The notes beneath the pieces were generated by a model. The model was not told the origin of the DNA, ran no database searches, and saw nothing but the letters and a program-made list of their open reading frames with translations. DNA of 63,282 nt, the filler included, from Reclinomonas americana ATCC 50394 (lineage: Eukaryota), in the NCBI GenBank assembly GCA_048213135.1. It is 54 parts of 54 records of this genome, joined end to end, with 100 filler letters (N's around TTAATTAATTAA, not from the genome) between each part and the next. Parts side by side here need not be neighbours in the genome. Positions count along the whole stretch, not along the records: positions 59,889 to 60,953 come from AFZH01026630.1; positions 61,054 to 62,118 come from AFZH01026631.1; positions 62,219 to 63,282 come from AFZH01026632.1; 51 more parts are not named here. One strand, written 5' to 3'. A program made the translations under genes and the position numbers. Shown here one piece after another: positions 60,948-63,282 of this stretch (positions are counted from its first letter, which is position 1; every line of letters begins with the position of its first letter).

Positions 60948-62218
60948 GTGCGCNNNNNNNNNNNNNNNNNNNNNNNNNNNNNNNNNNNNNNNNNNNNTTA
61001 ATTAATTAANNNNNNNNNNNNNNNNNNNNNNNNNNNNNNNNNNNNNNNNNNNNAATCGATTATGTGCGCTCCTTGGTTGCTGCTGTCGCCGCCAAGTAAT
61101 GATGGTGGTGGCCATGGGAGACTGCAGACGCGCGCGTGGCCTGGTGCGTACGTGTTCTGCATCTGTGTTGAGGAGTAAGTTGGTGAGACTTGGAGATTGA
61201 CTGACTCAATTCTGTGTGACAGGCGTGCTGGCAGGTGACTCGTCACTGGCATGCGAAGACACGTGGTCCCGTGCTTCACAGTGCATGCATGAGACAATGC
61301 ACCGACCGACTGTGACTATGACTGAAGGCGCGAGGCATTGATTGTGAGTTGGGTGAGAGGAGGCGAGCCTCACGACGCAGCTGCCTCTTCCATCGCTGTG
61401 CTGCTGTGCTGGTCGCTCCTCTCCTGTTCCCTGTGACTCTCCCTCTTCGTCGTACCATCATGACGTGCACCTTGTCAGCTTCGCTGTGGGCCGGCTTGAG
61501 GTTTCGAAGACTCGCTGCTCAATTGATTCTCGAGTGTGACGTGCACGTGGCATCAGCACACCAGGGCCACAACTGCGTATCCAAGCAGCACGACATGCCA
61601 GTCCTCGTTGAGAGATAATGCAGGTCAGTCGAAAGAGAGTGTCGCTGGACAGCAGCGCGATGCAGTGGAGCGCCACCTCGAGCCACCACCACCGCGCGCC
61701 TTGAACTCCATTATTTGTGCCGATTTCGCATCGACGAGTCCCATGTCGGTCTTCAAAAGCCCACACGCATGAACAAAGCCACATTGCTCTCATACTGCTG
61801 TATGTTGTGTGGGGTGCTGGCTGCAGCGCAGCGAGGGATGGACGGCGTCTCAGAGCAAGGCGGGAGAAGAAAGGCGGGAAACGGTGACAATCCGGAGCGA
61901 GCAAATCACACACACACACTTCACGCACGCACGGAGAATGGCAACCAAGGTGTGAATGTGTGCGCACTGTGCGTGATTGGTGTCTGTGCACGCATTCATG
62001 TGCTCGTGCGTATGTGCGGTTGTTGTTCTTTGTGTTGTTATGTTTGTCTTTGATTGCTGCTGCGCCTCACCGCGAGTGATCGACACAGATCATTCAGAGT
62101 CGCGCTGCTGCAGTGAGGNNNNNNNNNNNNNNNNNNNNNNNNNNNNNNNNNNNNNNNNNNNNTTAATTAATTAANNNNNNNNNNNNNNNNNNNNNNNNNN
62201 NNNNNNNNNNNNNNNNNN

Positions 62219-63262
62219 AAACGGGAACATGCAGTTCATGGCAGCCACAGCGTCGGCCACTGCGACAGCAGCGGCAGCGGCGGCGGCAGCGGCGACGGGA
62301 AGTGGTTTCTCGTCGGCGCTCCCGTCGGTGCCGGTGATGGTGGTGATGAACCAGATGGACCTGTTTCTGGAGAACTTTCGGCAGCAAGTGCGACGCAATG
62401 CGCTGCTCTCGTTGCGCACCGCCGGCGCGCCAGCGAACGGGATGATGAGTGACGGGTCGCAGCGTGGCACCAGCTCCCTGCTGTCGGATTCGTCGCTGTC
62501 GGCGCCAATTGACCGCGAGGACGGCAGTGTGACCTCGAATGAGTCGCGCGAGGAGATTGTGGTGGCGGCGGCGTCGTCGGGTGCTACCGCAGTCGACAGC
62601 AAGCTGCTGTCGTCGGGTCCCAGTACGCGACCAAGACGGAGTCGTCCGAGTTTTTCCAATACGCGCGCCACACTTGGGGTGCGTCTTTCCCTGTTTTGTT
62701 TACGAGCTTGTGTGAGCGGTCGTCGTGATGACACGTGTTGCTGCTGCAGCCACCGGCTCCACTGTCTCTCGATGGCGACTCGGGCTCGTGGAATGCCTTC
62801 ACCACGTCGTTCGTCGCCAACACGGCGACCACAACGACGACGCCGACGAATCGATCCACCGGCAGCGGAGTGCGCATGCGTTCCAACTCGCAGACGGAAA
62901 CCAGTGCCACGTTTGCGTGTAATCCACGCGAGGAGTTTTTCGAGCGTGTAGCATATCCGGGTGTCGACATTGCCAGTGCGGACATGGCTGGGGCCTCGGA
63001 GAGCGAGGAGCGGAAACGCTTGTCGTGGTCGTTGCCAAAGACGCTCGACGGCATCATGAGCGAGCTGGAGTGTCTATGTCGCGAGTGCAACGCCGCGTTT
63101 TTGTTCATGGTCTGCCCATCGCCCGCAGCATGGATGACCTCACAACACGGGTCTCACAACCTCGTCGCAGGACTCGATGGACTCCAAGTGGCTCACCGAG
63201 CACGTGGTGGACGGGCGCAAGCTAGACGAGTTTTTGCAGGCGGCTGCCGACAATGCACGGCG
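62219..63262 (+). CDS. Multi-exon Ser/Ala/Thr-rich hypothetical protein fragment
   Basis: Open segments with plausible introns. Confidence 0.45.
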
Positions 63263-63282
63263 GTACGTTCGCCACCATTCCA

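Overview
This is not contiguous genome. It is a pseudo-scaffold of 54 unrelated ~1.06-1.09 kb contigs in roughly descending length order, joined by an artificial 100-bp linker (N44-TTAATTAATTAA-N44, stops in all six frames), so adjacency across linkers has no biological meaning. About 49 contigs appear to come from a GC-rich, microsatellite-rich eukaryote with many short GT-AG introns. Its genes imply a flagellated, aerobic, peroxisome-bearing protist (BBS1, RABL2, KIF12-like kinesin, ADP/ATP carrier, mL41, ACX4-like enzyme with PTS1, DUS1, TMEM260, a divergent TBP, cadherin/IPT/FN3-like surface proteins); I cannot name the species. Five contigs look bacterial (actinobacterial-like and alphaproteobacterial-like), probably co-cultured prey or contaminants. 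Scattered 1-bp indels suggest low-coverage pyrosequencing errors. The most interesting signal is an expanded, intronless WD40 family (5 contigs). Its repeats vary mainly at propeller-face positions, four members share an unrecognised C-terminal box, and one member is followed by three tandem orphan copies of that box, one differing from the coding copy mostly at synonymous sites. An intronless NACHT (STAND) fragment and a caspase-like gene lie on other contigs. Together they may represent a protist NLR-like or ubiquitin-adaptor recognition repertoire, but physical linkage cannot be shown here.
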